From UHGV virus genome UHGV-0033546: a DNA stretch of 64,000 nucleotides, one strand, 5' to 3'. Origin of the DNA: a virus. Shown in pieces: positions 44,407 through 53,558 of this stretch; the stretch's first letter is position 1, and every line of letters begins with the position of its first letter. A program made the translations under genes and the position numbers. The notes beneath the pieces were generated by a model. The model had not been told where the DNA came from. It saw only the letters and a list, made by a program, of their open reading frames with translations, and made no database searches.

Positions 44407-45063
44407 ATGGCAGCACCTAGAATATCATTTTCGCCCTCTGATATTCTATTTGGTGTTCTAGATCGCTTGTTCAAAGATAATGCTACCGGGAAAGTTCTTG
44501 CTTCCCGGGTAGCTGTCGTAATTCTTTTGTTTATGATGGCGATTGTTTGGTATAGGGGAGATAGTTTCTTTGAGTACTATAAGCAATCAAAGTATGAAAC
44601 ATACAGTGAAATTATTGAAAAGGAAAGAAATGCACGCTTTGAATCTGTCGCCCTGGAACAACTCCAGATAGTTCATATATCATCTGAGGCAGACTTTAGT
44701 GCGGTGTATTCTTTCCGCCCTAAAAACTTAAACTATTTTGTTGATATTATAGCATATGAAGGAAAATTACCTTCAACAATAAGTGAAAAATCGCTTGGAG
44801 GATATCCTGTTGATAAAACTATGGATGAATATGCAGTTCATTTAAATGGACGTCATTATTATTCCGACTCAAAATTTGCTTTTTTACCAACTAAAAAGCC
44901 TACTCCCGAAATAAACTACATGTACAGTTGTCCATATTTTAATTTGGATAATATCTATGCTGGAACGATAACCATGTACTGGTATAGAAATGATCATATA
45001 AGTAATGACCGCCTTGAATCAATATGTGCTCAGGCGGCCAGAATATTAGGAAGGGCTAAATAA
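44407..45063 (+). CDS. t: holin T
   Basis: 218-aa ORF, same length as T4 holin; one N-terminal TM segment then large periplasmic domain; GGAGGG RBS. Confidence 0.9.
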   Translation: MAAPRISFSPSDILFGVLDRLFKDNATGKVLASRVAVVILLFMMAIVWYRGDSFFEYYKQSKYETYSEIIEKERNARFESVALEQLQIVHISSEADFSAVYSFRPKNLNYFVDIIAYEGKLPSTISEKSLGGYPVDKTMDEYAVHLNGRHYYSDSKFAFLPTKKPTPEINYMYSCPYFNLDNIYAGTITMYWYRNDHISNDRLESICAQAARILGRAK

Positions 45064-45336
45064 TTACTTGTTTGTATACATCTCTAGATATCGATATACA
45101 CCCTCAAAACCCTCGTTGAATTCGTCGATGAGGGTTTTCTTATCTTCCTGAGTTAATTCAGAAACAATTTTACGGAATGAATTCTGATTTAACTTTCTAC
45201 CTTCATGCGTTACTCCAATCTCATTCAGAAATGCAATAAAATTAGCACGATTCTCAACAATATCTTCTCGGGAAAATTTAATCAAAATAGACGCAACAGT
45301 AATAATTTCACGAACTGTATCAATATTTTTATTCAT
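45064..45336 (-). CDS. asiA: anti-sigma70 factor AsiA
   Basis: 90-aa ORF starting MNKNIDTVREIITVASILIKF..., as recalled for T4 AsiA. Confidence 0.9.
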   Translation of the reverse strand: MNKNIDTVREIITVASILIKFSREDIVENRANFIAFLNEIGVTHEGRKLNQNSFRKIVSELTQEDKKTLIDEFNEGFEGVYRYLEMYTNK

Positions 45337-45348
45337 TAACTATACCAC

Positions 45349-45501
45349 TCAATTAGTTGACTTTGTTATAATATCATCAGACGTTTGATTTGTAAACTGG
45401 TCTGCGGTATTTTCTTCAAAAATTTTTTCTACGAATTCTTTGAACGACTTACGTTCCTGAGCTACATTATGCTCGATTACTTTTTCAAGATTATGACTCA
45501 T
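45349..45501 (-). CDS. hypothetical small protein (50 aa)
   Basis: ATG overlaps arn stop (ATGA); not in six-frame track (below length cutoff); its 3-prime end contains the asiA promoter. Confidence 0.35.
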   Translation of the reverse strand: MSHNLEKVIEHNVAQERKSFKEFVEKIFEENTADQFTNQTSDDIITKSTN

Positions 45502-45776
45502 TCGAAATAATCTTCAATTTCGTAATCATGGACATAAATCATTATAGTTTTTAATACATCATCAATACTTTTTCCTGGCGCTGGAATTACATAAAAATAT
45601 CTTGCTTTTGAGAGGTCTTTATAAGTTCCAACCAAGAAATCATTATTCTCGAGATGTAGTTCTTCAACTAATTCATTAACAATTGAATGATATAGATTTG
45701 GTAGAAACTTATATAGCTTTTCTAGAATATCAATTTTGATTGTGTATTGAACCACAGACTGAGAATCAATAATCAT
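45498..45776 (-). CDS. arn: Arn, anti-restriction (McrBC inhibitor)
   Basis: 92-aa ORF in T4 arn position next to asiA. Confidence 0.75.
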   Translation of the reverse strand: MIIDSQSVVQYTIKIDILEKLYKFLPNLYHSIVNELVEELHLENNDFLVGTYKDLSKARYFYVIPAPGKSIDDVLKTIMIYVHDYEIEDYFE

Positions 45777-45854
45777 AGACCTTCCCCCTTATGTTTCTGT
45801 TTGTGATTAGATTCTTTAAACGCTTTCTTCTTATCTTTATGAACAGAAGCTTTA

Positions 45855-46079
45855 TTAAAATTGTGCTTTGCGACTAAATTGTTCATAGTGTTGAATTACC
45901 TCTCTTAAACATTTGCATGTGAATGAAAACTTTTTAGCTACACCACATTCAAATATATGTTCTCTTAAATCACGTGTGTCAGTATATCCCATCTCAACAA
46001 TAAAGTGTCTTATTAGATTTTTATCTTTATCATTGAGAGAATTAAAATAATCGGATTTTGAATTAATTTCCCTGGCCAA
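45855..46079 (-). CDS. hypothetical protein (74 aa from TTG, or 45 aa from first ATG)
   Basis: no ATG at track start; first ATG at 45992. Confidence 0.35.
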   Translation of the reverse strand: MAREINSKSDYFNSLNDKDKNLIRHFIVEMGYTDTRDLREHIFECGVAKKFSFTCKCLREVIQHYEQFSRKAQF

Positions 46080-46359
46080 ATTGAATCACCTTCAGTTGAC
46101 GTTTTAATTCTTTTATCATTTCTTCGTTCATCGCAATATAAAGATCGCGTAAAGCGGGTTTTAGCATTCCATTTACTGGAGAACTAAATGGGCACACATA
46201 ATCTTTTCCTACGAGCCTTTTAGCGAATTCCATATCACAAAACTGAAATGCTGGTTCATTGGCATAAATGCCCCAATTAGTTGACATCATTTTATTGGCA
46301 TATTCCAGTGCCTGGATTTGATTCTTAATTCCATCAATTTGAAACTTTTTAATATTCAT
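46063..46359 (-). CDS. hypothetical protein (98 aa)
   Basis: ATG start. Confidence 0.5.
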   Translation of the reverse strand: MNIKKFQIDGIKNQIQALEYANKMMSTNWGIYANEPAFQFCDMEFAKRLVGKDYVCPFSSPVNGMLKPALRDLYIAMNEEMIKELKRQLKVIQFGQGN

Positions 46360-46820
46360 TAGTAAAGGTCCTCAGAGTAAAGTTCTTTTTCACTACCACC
46401 ACGTTCAATACGTACTTGTCCGGCGTAAGTTGCAATAATCATTGCTTCTTCACGTGTCCAATAATTACTATATTGGTCAATAAACCCTTGGTCATCATCA
46501 CAAACTTGTTGAGTAACTAATTGAGGTTTAACTACATCTAAAACTTCTGCCATATCTTTAGAATAATGACGAGCACCTGGAATAACAAGAGTTCGTCCAT
46601 CTTTTAGTTTAAAACGGTTGGCTGCGCAAACAATTCGTCGTTGATACTTTTGGTTTTCGTCCCAATATGCAGACTGCCAACAAATTTCAGGAACTTCTTT
46701 CAGAATATCTTCTTCTGTGCATTTATAACCATGTGCTTTAAATTTTTCAACAAGACTTTCTGGAGTTTCACGAGATAAAGGAACATTCAGCATTTTTAAA
46801 CGATTAATAAATGGGTTCAT
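46359..46820 (-). CDS. hypothetical protein (153 aa)
   Basis: ATG start, coupled to neighbours. Confidence 0.5.
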   Translation of the reverse strand: MNPFINRLKMLNVPLSRETPESLVEKFKAHGYKCTEEDILKEVPEICWQSAYWDENQKYQRRIVCAANRFKLKDGRTLVIPGARHYSKDMAEVLDVVKPQLVTQQVCDDDQGFIDQYSNYWTREEAMIIATYAGQVRIERGGSEKELYSEDLY

Positions 46821-47146
46821 TTAAACCATCCTTTAATACGCTGCCACAAAGTTTTCTGTTGAGCTTTGTTAACACCAATTGAGCGAATAACTGGTTGAGA
46901 TTCCTGGAATTCTTTATAATCAGCAAGGTAAATTTCGTAAGCCGATTGAACAAAGGTACTAATCGCTGCCATGAAGTTCTTGCGAATTCCCATAGAGGCT
47001 TCAGAACCACCACGGATGATTAAATATTTGCCAGTCTTAATCTTTACGATAGTTCCAAGATAAGCTCCATGGTACCAGATGTCCCATCCCTCTTGAGTGG
47101 GTTCTGCACAACGACGAAGTTCATTAACAATTTCTAACTTGTTCAT
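46817..47146 (-). CDS. hypothetical protein (109 aa)
   Basis: ATG start. Confidence 0.5.
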   Translation of the reverse strand: MNKLEIVNELRRCAEPTQEGWDIWYHGAYLGTIVKIKTGKYLIIRGGSEASMGIRKNFMAAISTFVQSAYEIYLADYKEFQESQPVIRSIGVNKAQQKTLWQRIKGWFK

Positions 47147-47156
47147 TATTTATTCC

Positions 47157-47792
47157 TCACAGTTCAGATGCTACGGTGATTACTGCTTCAATGTTTTCTG
47201 CTGAGCGTTTAATGTCAAGATACACATTACCGTTTTTAGCAATTTTACATGACATTCCGATATCAGTAAATTTCTGAATATGATGTTCCATCATTTTGTA
47301 TCCAAAAATTCGCATATTTCCATTGTTGTTAATTTCAAAATTGCGAATTCCATGAGTGCGTTTTTCTAAAATAGCAAGATAGTTACTGCGGTAAGTTTCA
47401 ACCTTTTTAAGAACAAATCCATTTTCATCTAAAAGTTTTAACATGAGGTCTTTATCTTCTTCCATATCGGAAGTAATCTCACGAGCTTTACGAGTTGCTC
47501 GTTTTTTCAGAAGTTCCGGAGCATTTTCTTGTGCGTATAAAGTTGCTGCATTTGAAATAATATCCTGGGCTTCACCAGTAATGATTAATCCATCACCTGA
47601 TTTCTCCACCAGGCCTTTTTTAATCAATACCCCAATATTACTATTAACTACTGCGTTACCTAAATCTGGATGCACCTCACGAACTTCTGCAGCTGTAATG
47701 AAATCTTTCTTAGCAATGGTAATTAAAATCGCAGCAGTTTTTTCATTCAGAACATCGTTAGAAGCTTTGATGATGTAAGTTACTTTAGACAT
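47157..47792 (-). CDS. motA: middle-transcription activator MotA
   Basis: 211-aa ORF, same length and position as T4 MotA. Confidence 0.9.
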   Translation of the reverse strand: MSKVTYIIKASNDVLNEKTAAILITIAKKDFITAAEVREVHPDLGNAVVNSNIGVLIKKGLVEKSGDGLIITGEAQDIISNAATLYAQENAPELLKKRATRKAREITSDMEEDKDLMLKLLDENGFVLKKVETYRSNYLAILEKRTHGIRNFEINNNGNMRIFGYKMMEHHIQKFTDIGMSCKIAKNGNVYLDIKRSAENIEAVITVASEL

Positions 47793-47833
47793 TTTCTAAT
47801 CTCCGTAATTCTGTATCAGTAGTTGATAGTTGT

Positions 47834-47863
47834 ATAGTACCACAGTATGCTTTGGTTGTAAAC
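47834..47863 (-). promoter_or_regulatory. T4-type early promoter (motA)
   Basis: - strand GTTTAC (47863-47858), 18 bp, TACTAT (47839-47834); conserved leader ACAACTATCAACTACTG. Confidence 0.5.
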
Positions 47864-47880
47864 CGTTTTGTGAAAAATTT

Positions 47881-47914
47881 TTGAAATAAAAAAAGGGAGA
47901 GCCTCGGCTCTCCC
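47881..47914 (-). terminator. rho-independent terminator
   Basis: hairpin GGGAGAGCC-TC-GGCTCTCCC followed on - strand by TTTTTTTATTTC. Confidence 0.6.
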
Positions 47915-47919
47915 TAAAA

Positions 47920-48069
47920 TTACTGCATGACTGTGATAACTGTCATGATAACACGTTGAATTCCGAATGCAAGAAGACCTCCTGCTACGGCAGGAACAAC
48001 ACCTAACCCCGCCAGTAAAATGCCACCGGATACTAATGCGGCGCTTGTAATACCAATGAATGGACTCAT
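47920..48069 (-). CDS. small hydrophobic membrane protein (49 aa)
   Basis: MSPFIGITSAALVSGGILLAGLGVVPAVAGGLLAFGIQRVIMTVITVMQ; ATG overlaps gene 52 stop (ATGA); not in track. Confidence 0.45.
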   Translation of the reverse strand: MSPFIGITSAALVSGGILLAGLGVVPAVAGGLLAFGIQRVIMTVITVMQ

Positions 48070-49394
48070 TTGATTTCCTCTAAATCTTTGGTGTATTCTG
48101 TAACTACATCAGTAGTTTTCCAATATTCGTTTTCTTCTTTTTTAGCTTTAGCTTCTTCAGCAAGTTTCTTTGCTTCGTCGGAAGTCATATGAAAAATATT
48201 CATTCCAACTAGTTTATCAACATAAGAAGAATACATATCAATTTTAGAAAGTTCTTCAGTCAGTTCTTTACGAGTTTTACCTTGCACAACAATTTCACCT
48301 GAAATTACTTTCTTAATGAAATGCGCCTTGGCAAAGGCTAAACGAAATGCTGATTCAGTTTCTTTGATTTTGTTATCAATTCGTTTTTGGACATAAGTTT
48401 TACGAACTTCAACGAAGTCTTTGATTAAATCAACTACGTTATCGTAAACTTGTAGTTTTCCTTTCTCATTAATAACGGTAATATTCTGGGAACGACGCTC
48501 AATCAACCCGAAGTCTTTCATAATTTTTGCATGGCGTTCTTCTTCGTTATCGCTTAAGGAATATTCTTTACGGAATTTAACTTTGAAGCCAAAACCATGC
48601 TCACCGCAAGCATCATCCCACGTAATAAAGCCTTTATCTTCAAGCGGGTCTAAAATTTTGCTCACGTAAGTTTCACGATCATACTTATACGGAATCTCAG
48701 TGATATGCATTTGAGTTCGTGAAGTAAACTTATATGTTCCACGAATTTCATATTGTCCATCAATTTCAACGACTTCACCGCGAAATTCTGGGAATTCTAC
48801 CTTCGGTTTAGTTACTTTCTTTCCTTGAAGAGCTTGTAGTACAGCTTTCTTGACAGAAGAAACACTATGAGGAAGAATGTAAGTTGCATAACCAGTTGCA
48901 ATACCGGAAACACCGTTAAGAAGAACAGTAGGAATAATAGGCAAATAGAAAGCAGGCGGAATGTGTTCTTTATCTTGATGTATCGGAGCATATTCAGTAT
49001 CTTTATATACACTATAGAAATTTTTACTTACACGAGCAAAAATATAACGACTTGCCGCTGCTTTTTGAACGGTACGGGAACCAAAGTTTCCTTGACCATC
49101 TAACAAAGGAAAGTTATTATTCCAAGTGTTAGCCATCAAAGCACCTGCGTCTTGCGCAGAGTTTTCACCATGATGATATCCAAGGTCTGCGACACCACCT
49201 GCAATAGAAGCGAGTTTGTGAAACTTATCTTTATTTCCTCGTGCCAAATCAAGAGCTCGAGCAATAACAAATCGTTGAACTGGCTTAAATCCATCAATCA
49301 TATTTGGAATAGCACGATTTTCAACCGTGTACATAGCATAAGCCAATGCTTCATTATCAATGATACTTTTTAAATCGCGATTATTCAGTTGCAT
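48066..49394 (-). CDS. 52: DNA topoisomerase II medium subunit gp52 (GyrA-like)
   Basis: 442-aa ORF, same length and position as T4 gp52. Confidence 0.9.
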   Translation of the reverse strand: MQLNNRDLKSIIDNEALAYAMYTVENRAIPNMIDGFKPVQRFVIARALDLARGNKDKFHKLASIAGGVADLGYHHGENSAQDAGALMANTWNNNFPLLDGQGNFGSRTVQKAAASRYIFARVSKNFYSVYKDTEYAPIHQDKEHIPPAFYLPIIPTVLLNGVSGIATGYATYILPHSVSSVKKAVLQALQGKKVTKPKVEFPEFRGEVVEIDGQYEIRGTYKFTSRTQMHITEIPYKYDRETYVSKILDPLEDKGFITWDDACGEHGFGFKVKFRKEYSLSDNEEERHAKIMKDFGLIERRSQNITVINEKGKLQVYDNVVDLIKDFVEVRKTYVQKRIDNKIKETESAFRLAFAKAHFIKKVISGEIVVQGKTRKELTEELSKIDMYSSYVDKLVGMNIFHMTSDEAKKLAEEAKAKKEENEYWKTTDVVTEYTKDLEEIK

Positions 49395-49398
49395 AAAT

Positions 49399-49539
49399 TT
49401 ACCATACTAGTGAATGTAGTGCCATAATAACATCAGAAATGAAAAGCACGACTTGAATTAATCCGAACATTACTCCATAATATAGTGCTACCAATAAAGT
49501 AGCAAGGACTAATGAATAGCCCAAGATTTTCTTAATCAT
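49399..49539 (-). CDS. small hydrophobic protein (46 aa)
   Basis: MIKKILGYSLVLATLLVALYYGVMFGLIQVVLFISDVIMALHSLVW; not in track. Confidence 0.45.
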   Translation of the reverse strand: MIKKILGYSLVLATLLVALYYGVMFGLIQVVLFISDVIMALHSLVW

Positions 49540-49693
49540 TTTTAATCATCTTAAGTAAGCCAACAGAAGTAGAAAGCACCCAGGCAATAAACAGAAAACT
49601 TAAGAATACTGGACCTGGGGCCCACACGCCTAAAAAGAAGCAAACCGAACAGACAATAGCCGTAATAAGTTCAATAAAAACCAGAATAACCAT
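49532..49693 (-). CDS. ac: small membrane protein, likely Ac (acridine sensitivity)
   Basis: 53 aa, two hydrophobic segments, GAGGAAAA RBS; position between 52 and stp as T4 ac. Confidence 0.5.
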   Translation of the reverse strand: MVILVFIELITAIVCSVCFFLGVWAPGPVFLSFLFIAWVLSTSVGLLKMIKND

Positions 49694-49703
49694 GTTTTCC
49701 TCA

Positions 49704-49781
49704 TTAGCGTCCGAAGACGCCTTTAGTTTTAAAATTATTACGATAGAATTGCATCACATGTTCGTTATGAAAATTACTCAT
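49704..49781 (-). CDS. stp: Stp peptide (activator of host PrrC anticodon nuclease)
   Basis: 25-codon [28 protein letters not shown] as recalled for T4 Stp; start overlaps ndd stop (TAATG). Confidence 0.7.
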   Translation of the reverse strand: MSNFHNEHVMQFYRNNFKTKGVFGR

Positions 49782-50236
49782 TAATATGCCTGCAAAACGA
49801 ATTTAAAGTTATCAGCCAACATACGGTTCATTTCTTCAAGCGTTTGATACTCAGAATGATGATTACGAGTAAACGCTAAAGCTAACTGACCTTTTCCAAA
49901 TCCCGTCGTCAGAGGTTTCATCTTAGAAGCAGGAAGATAAAATACTGCGTATGGAACATTGTTATTTGCAATAGTACGTGCAAGCTGAGACCGACGTTGA
50001 CGAATATGACTTAGAACTGCACTGAACCCTTGCTTAGAACGCTGATTACCTACATAAAATCGTGCAGATACGCATGGACTACTAAATGGACCACCGAGTT
50101 TACTCACTAAAAAGTAAAATCCAGGTTTAGACAAAATGTCTTTGTGCGGAGTTCCCAAAAACCACTCACCACCCTTGATTGTACCAATAACAGTAGCACC
50201 TGCGTTGTTAAGATCAGTAACAGTCATATATTTCAT
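49781..50236 (-). CDS. ndd: nucleoid disruption protein Ndd
   Basis: 151 aa from ATG at 50236 ([13 protein letters not shown]...) with GAGGAAA RBS. Confidence 0.85.
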   Translation of the reverse strand: MKYMTVTDLNNAGATVIGTIKGGEWFLGTPHKDILSKPGFYFLVSKLGGPFSSPCVSARFYVGNQRSKQGFSAVLSHIRQRRSQLARTIANNNVPYAVFYLPASKMKPLTTGFGKGQLALAFTRNHHSEYQTLEEMNRMLADNFKFVLQAY

Positions 50237-50296
50237 ATTAATTTCCTCTAAATTATTTTCTACTCCAAGGCCGCATGAATACACACGGCCATTAAA

Positions 50297-50512
50297 TTAA
50301 TCGTCGCAGTCGACGCTCAATTCCCAAAACTCTTCTACAGTATAAGTTTCAGTATCATTTTCAATACAGAAACGTTCATTACTGTTATTTGCTAAAGTAG
50401 CATTAACTGTCGGTTTCTCGCTAGTGCTCTTAAGAGGTGAAATACGAATTAATTGATCACCATTATCTAAACAGAAAATTTCGCCAACTTTTACATCTTT
50501 AAAAATTTTCAT
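50297..50512 (-). CDS. hypothetical protein (71 aa)
   Basis: ATG with GAGGTG RBS. Confidence 0.5.
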   Translation of the reverse strand: MKIFKDVKVGEIFCLDNGDQLIRISPLKSTSEKPTVNATLANNSNERFCIENDTETYTVEEFWELSVDCDD

Positions 50513-50520
50513 AATTCACC

Positions 50521-50631
50521 TCAGGGAGTATAAAATCCAAATGCAGTTGTTGACCATCCCATCCAATACGGAAAATTTGCACCAATGTAAAACATAAGAA
50601 TATAAAACCAACCGCTCAGTAAATTCATCAT
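50521..50631 (-). CDS. tiny hydrophobic peptide (36 aa)
   Basis: MMNLLSGWFYILMFYIGANFPYWMGWSTTAFGFYTP; ATG overlaps upstream stop (ATGA). Confidence 0.4.
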   Translation of the reverse strand: MMNLLSGWFYILMFYIGANFPYWMGWSTTAFGFYTP

Positions 50632-50825
50632 TTTACACCATTCCAAATTGTTTCAACCACAGATTTTAAACCATTTTGATGAATATCCATTCCGACTACC
50701 GCCATCAAATAGATTCCAACTACAACTGAACCTAAGGCAAAAATCAGCATGAAAATGAATAAAGCCGGAAAAATATTATCGAAAAACCATTCAATAAATG
50801 TAAAAGCACTGCGTTTACGCTTCAT
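50628..50825 (-). CDS. small membrane protein (65 aa)
   Basis: first ATG at 50825 with GAGGAAA RBS (track start TTG); one TM segment. Confidence 0.45.
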   Translation of the reverse strand: MKRKRSAFTFIEWFFDNIFPALFIFMLIFALGSVVVGIYLMAVVGMDIHQNGLKSVVETIWNGVK

Positions 50826-50832
50826 GTTTTCC

Positions 50833-50946
50833 TCACATAAATCCAAAGTAAGCGTTTAATACATCAATCATTAAAACGATTGGGAATATACTCAAAACTA
50901 CTAGTATTATAACTACATTCCATATAGCTTTAACAATCTTTTTCAT
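50833..50946 (-). CDS. tiny membrane peptide (37 aa)
   Basis: MKKIVKAIWNVVIILVVLSIFPIVLMIDVLNAYFGFM; ATG at 50946 with GGAGGAA RBS; track ORF upstream part is translated promoter. Confidence 0.45.
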   Translation of the reverse strand: MKKIVKAIWNVVIILVVLSIFPIVLMIDVLNAYFGFM

Positions 50947-50974
50947 TTTCTGTTCCTCCGCAGTTGATAGAGTA

Positions 50975-51004
50975 ATAATACCACAGAGGAACAGTCTTGT
51001 AAAC
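50975..51004 (-). promoter_or_regulatory. T4-type early promoter
   Basis: - strand GTTTAC (51004-50999), 18 bp, TATTAT (50980-50975). Confidence 0.45.
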
Positions 51005-51011
51005 AACTTTT

Positions 51012-51110
51012 TTAAAAATATTCGTAATAAATGTGAATACCAACTACTACCGCTGAAACTTGCGCAACCCACCATGCACAAGCAATAAGCACAGAATTCA
51101 AAATTTTCAT
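51012..51110 (-). CDS. tiny hydrophobic peptide (32 aa)
   Basis: MKILNSVLIACAWWVAQVSAVVVGIHIYYEYF; ATG overlaps upstream stop (ATGA). Confidence 0.4.
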   Translation of the reverse strand: MKILNSVLIACAWWVAQVSAVVVGIHIYYEYF

Positions 51111-51193
51111 AATAACCTCATTACAAAAGTAAATGTTAAACAAATTACTGGAATACTAATTAACCAAACAAAACACCACCACAATGAACTCAT
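51107..51193 (-). CDS. tiny hydrophobic peptide (28 aa)
   Basis: MSSLWWCFVWLISIPVICLTFTFVMRLL; ATG overlaps upstream stop (ATGA). Confidence 0.4.
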   Translation of the reverse strand: MSSLWWCFVWLISIPVICLTFTFVMRLL

Positions 51194-51453
51194 AGTTCAA
51201 TCTCAGCGATTTTCATTTCATTACTATTAATAGCCGCTTTAAGACTATCTGAAAGAATTACACACCAGTGGTCATTCATATGACCATTAACTAAGCGTGT
51301 AATTTCTTCAGGAGTTGAAAAATAAGGCGTATCAGACTCCCAATGCGATAGTCCCAAGCGAGTATAAATCATACCTTCATCATCGCTAGAATATTCAACT
51401 GACACAAACTCATCAGTTATTTTATGTTTAGCGTAATAAAATTTAAATTTCAT
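51190..51453 (-). CDS. hypothetical protein (87 aa)
   Basis: ATG at 51453 with GGAGGAG RBS; track N-terminal extension is translated promoter. Confidence 0.5.
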   Translation of the reverse strand: MKFKFYYAKHKITDEFVSVEYSSDDEGMIYTRLGLSHWESDTPYFSTPEEITRLVNGHMNDHWCVILSDSLKAAINSNEMKIAEIEL

Positions 51454-51480
51454 TTTTACTCCTCCGTAGCTGATAGTTGT

Positions 51481-51510
51481 ATAGTACCACAGTCCTTGTG
51501 GTATGTAAAC
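51481..51510 (-). promoter_or_regulatory. T4-type early promoter
   Basis: - strand GTTTAC (51510-51505), 18 bp, TACTAT (51486-51481); inverted repeat ACCACA/TGTGGT in spacer. Confidence 0.5.
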
Positions 51511-51527
51511 CGTTTTGTGAAAAATTT

Positions 51528-52085
51528 TTAAATGGAAAGATACCATCCATTGTAGTTGCTTTTTCTTACAACCTTACGAAGGTCTTCTCTATCACCGATG
51601 AACTTCGGAGTGTACTGGATGACGCCTGGATGAATTTCTTTAGTGTTGAATATAATTATACAGTCTGCGACTTGATGATTCAGAATGGGCCCTAGATTTA
51701 TTCCAGAACCGTATGGATACTCTCCGCTGCATCCTGTTGTTACAGAAATCCAACGTGAGTCGGTTTGATGTGTCTTAACTTCTACACGAAGCCCGCAATA
51801 TCTTGGATGCGCCAATACATCCCATGCGTATGTATACGGGTCATTAACATCCTCTTGGCCTTTGTTAACATACCCGCTTAGCCAATCTGCTACAAAAAAT
51901 TCTGCGTACACCGCGATACGGCATCTTTCGATAACTTCTGCTTTATCCTGGTTCGGGTTTTGTTTTAAAGAGTATCTTGCTGTATCAGCAATTTTGACCT
52001 TCATTTCACTAGTCAAGTCACTGTTCGATAGGGTAAATATCGGAATCTGAAATAGTCTCTGTAGCCCCGGATTCGTTTTCTGCAT
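51528..52085 (-). CDS. denB: endonuclease IV
   Basis: 185-aa ORF in T4 denB position between ndd cluster and rIIB. Confidence 0.8.
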   Translation of the reverse strand: MQKTNPGLQRLFQIPIFTLSNSDLTSEMKVKIADTARYSLKQNPNQDKAEVIERCRIAVYAEFFVADWLSGYVNKGQEDVNDPYTYAWDVLAHPRYCGLRVEVKTHQTDSRWISVTTGCSGEYPYGSGINLGPILNHQVADCIIIFNTKEIHPGVIQYTPKFIGDREDLRKVVRKSNYNGWYLSI

Positions 52086-52347
52086 TTAAACTTTCCTTTT
52101 TACCACTAAGATAAGCGTTATACACTTTAAGAGTACCATAGTAAATTCGATCATTTTCATCTAAAGAATTACGATCAAGTTCATCGAGCTCCTTTTTATC
52201 CATGACTATAATATCATTGCAGTAAAGAAACCCAAGTTTTTCGTGACCAAACTCAAATTTATTGCAGTACACAATATTAGCATGATGGTTTCCGTGCAGT
52301 TTAATCTCTTTTATGTCGGAATCACCGATATTCATACAATAAATCAT
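52018..52347 (-). CDS. hypothetical protein (109 aa)
   Basis: ATG with AAGGAAAA RBS; 3-prime end overlaps denB start by ~68 nt. Confidence 0.45.
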   Translation of the reverse strand: MIYCMNIGDSDIKEIKLHGNHHANIVYCNKFEFGHEKLGFLYCNDIIVMDKKELDELDRNSLDENDRIYYGTLKVYNAYLSGKKESLNAENESGATETISDSDIYPIEQ

Positions 52348-52385
52348 AATTTTTCCTTAAAACAAAAGGGCCGAAGCCCCTTATT

Positions 52386-52580
52386 TTATTTGAATTGTGC
52401 AATTCTTTTCTCTAAACAATCTGCGTAAGATTTCATTGAGATGAACTGTGAAAGCAGCAGTTCTTGCTCAACTGCACTAACTGTTAGAAACTTTGTGCTT
52501 TCTAAAAATTTACTCAGTGCATTAATTTTGAGCAGCAATTGATCGTATTCTTCTTTTACTCGTGCTTGATAACCTAACAT
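52386..52580 (-). CDS. hypothetical protein (64 aa)
   Basis: ATG with AGGAAAA RBS; flanked by GC hairpins. Confidence 0.45.
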   Translation of the reverse strand: MLGYQARVKEEYDQLLLKINALSKFLESTKFLTVSAVEQELLLSQFISMKSYADCLEKRIAQFK

Positions 52581-52608
52581 AATTTTCCTTAGTTAAGGGC
52601 CGAAGCCC

Positions 52609-53547
52609 TTATTTAAATTGTTCAGTAACGTCTTCAACTACTTCGTATTGGCAGGTACGCATTTTAGCATCGTTGTAATCAATCGGAATTGATACTACAT
52701 CGCGAGGATGCACTTTAACTTTTACAACTCGGCTGGTTGAACTGCCAAAGTGACGAATATAAGATTTAGAACACACATGCAGACCACGAGAACAAGTCTG
52801 TGTATCATCGTCATTCACACGAGTACGTGGCATTTTAACTACTTTACCCGGACTGTTATCAAAGGTATTTGAGTGACAGTCAAAGTAATTGCTGCGAACT
52901 ACTTTCCAAGCATAGAAGTAGCCGTCTTCTGTAATTTCAATATCGTTTGCTACCAAGAAATCAAAGAGTCGAGATACCGCTTTTTGGCTCGGGTTTTCCA
53001 ACAGATTTTCCAAGAATGGAAAATAAAATTCAAAGTTTTCGCCTTTTTCCATCGAGTCAAGAATACGATCAACTAAACCAGATCGCAATTCAATATTTTG
53101 ATAGAACAAGCTTCCACCTTCAATTCGAACATCACCGGAAATATATTTTTCAACAGCGCGACGAACGTTAATTTTTTGTGCAGCTTCTTCCAACTTATCT
53201 GCAACAAGCAGATTAAGAATTTCCTGGAAGTTTGAATGAGTATTAGGAGTTGCGTTATAAGTTACACCGTCAACAGTAATTGAAATGAATTTTTTAGATG
53301 CATTCCAAATAATGTCAGATTTAGTAACTGGAGCAATAACTGCATCGCTATTAACTTTAACTGTAATATCACCGCTAATAGTAACTTTAGAGTGTTCAGC
53401 TTCTTCAGCATTTTTCAAAACACGACGGATTGTGTCCACCGATACACCTTGCCAATCAGCCAATTCCTGTTGGGTGTAATTACCACTTGAATACAGTTTA
53501 ACAATTTCAGCTTGTTCGTTTTTGGTGAGGCATTTAATATTGTACAT
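52609..53547 (-). CDS. rIIB: rIIB membrane-associated protein
   Basis: 312-aa ORF, same length and position as T4 rIIB. Confidence 0.9.
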   Translation of the reverse strand: MYNIKCLTKNEQAEIVKLYSSGNYTQQELADWQGVSVDTIRRVLKNAEEAEHSKVTISGDITVKVNSDAVIAPVTKSDIIWNASKKFISITVDGVTYNATPNTHSNFQEILNLLVADKLEEAAQKINVRRAVEKYISGDVRIEGGSLFYQNIELRSGLVDRILDSMEKGENFEFYFPFLENLLENPSQKAVSRLFDFLVANDIEITEDGYFYAWKVVRSNYFDCHSNTFDNSPGKVVKMPRTRVNDDDTQTCSRGLHVCSKSYIRHFGSSTSRVVKVKVHPRDVVSIPIDYNDAKMRTCQYEVVEDVTEQFK

Positions 53548-53558
53548 AATTTTCCTTA

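Noticed and set aside
45780-45886. 37-codon basic ORF (MNNLVAKHNFNKASVHKDKKKAFKESNHKQKHKGEGL) whose stop overlaps the arn start
   Set aside because: Overlaps the 3-prime end of the 45855-46079 ORF in another frame and has no clear RBS; too uncertain to call
50833-51081. Long N-terminal extensions in track ORFs that begin with TTG/GTG (e.g. 50833-51081, 51190-51546, 60833-61384, 30273-30563, 28478-28858, 12272-12736)
   Set aside because: The extensions are translations of the upstream promoter and leader (they contain the GTTTAC...TAnTAT...GGAGG sequence); the true start is the first ATG after the RBS, so I trimmed them
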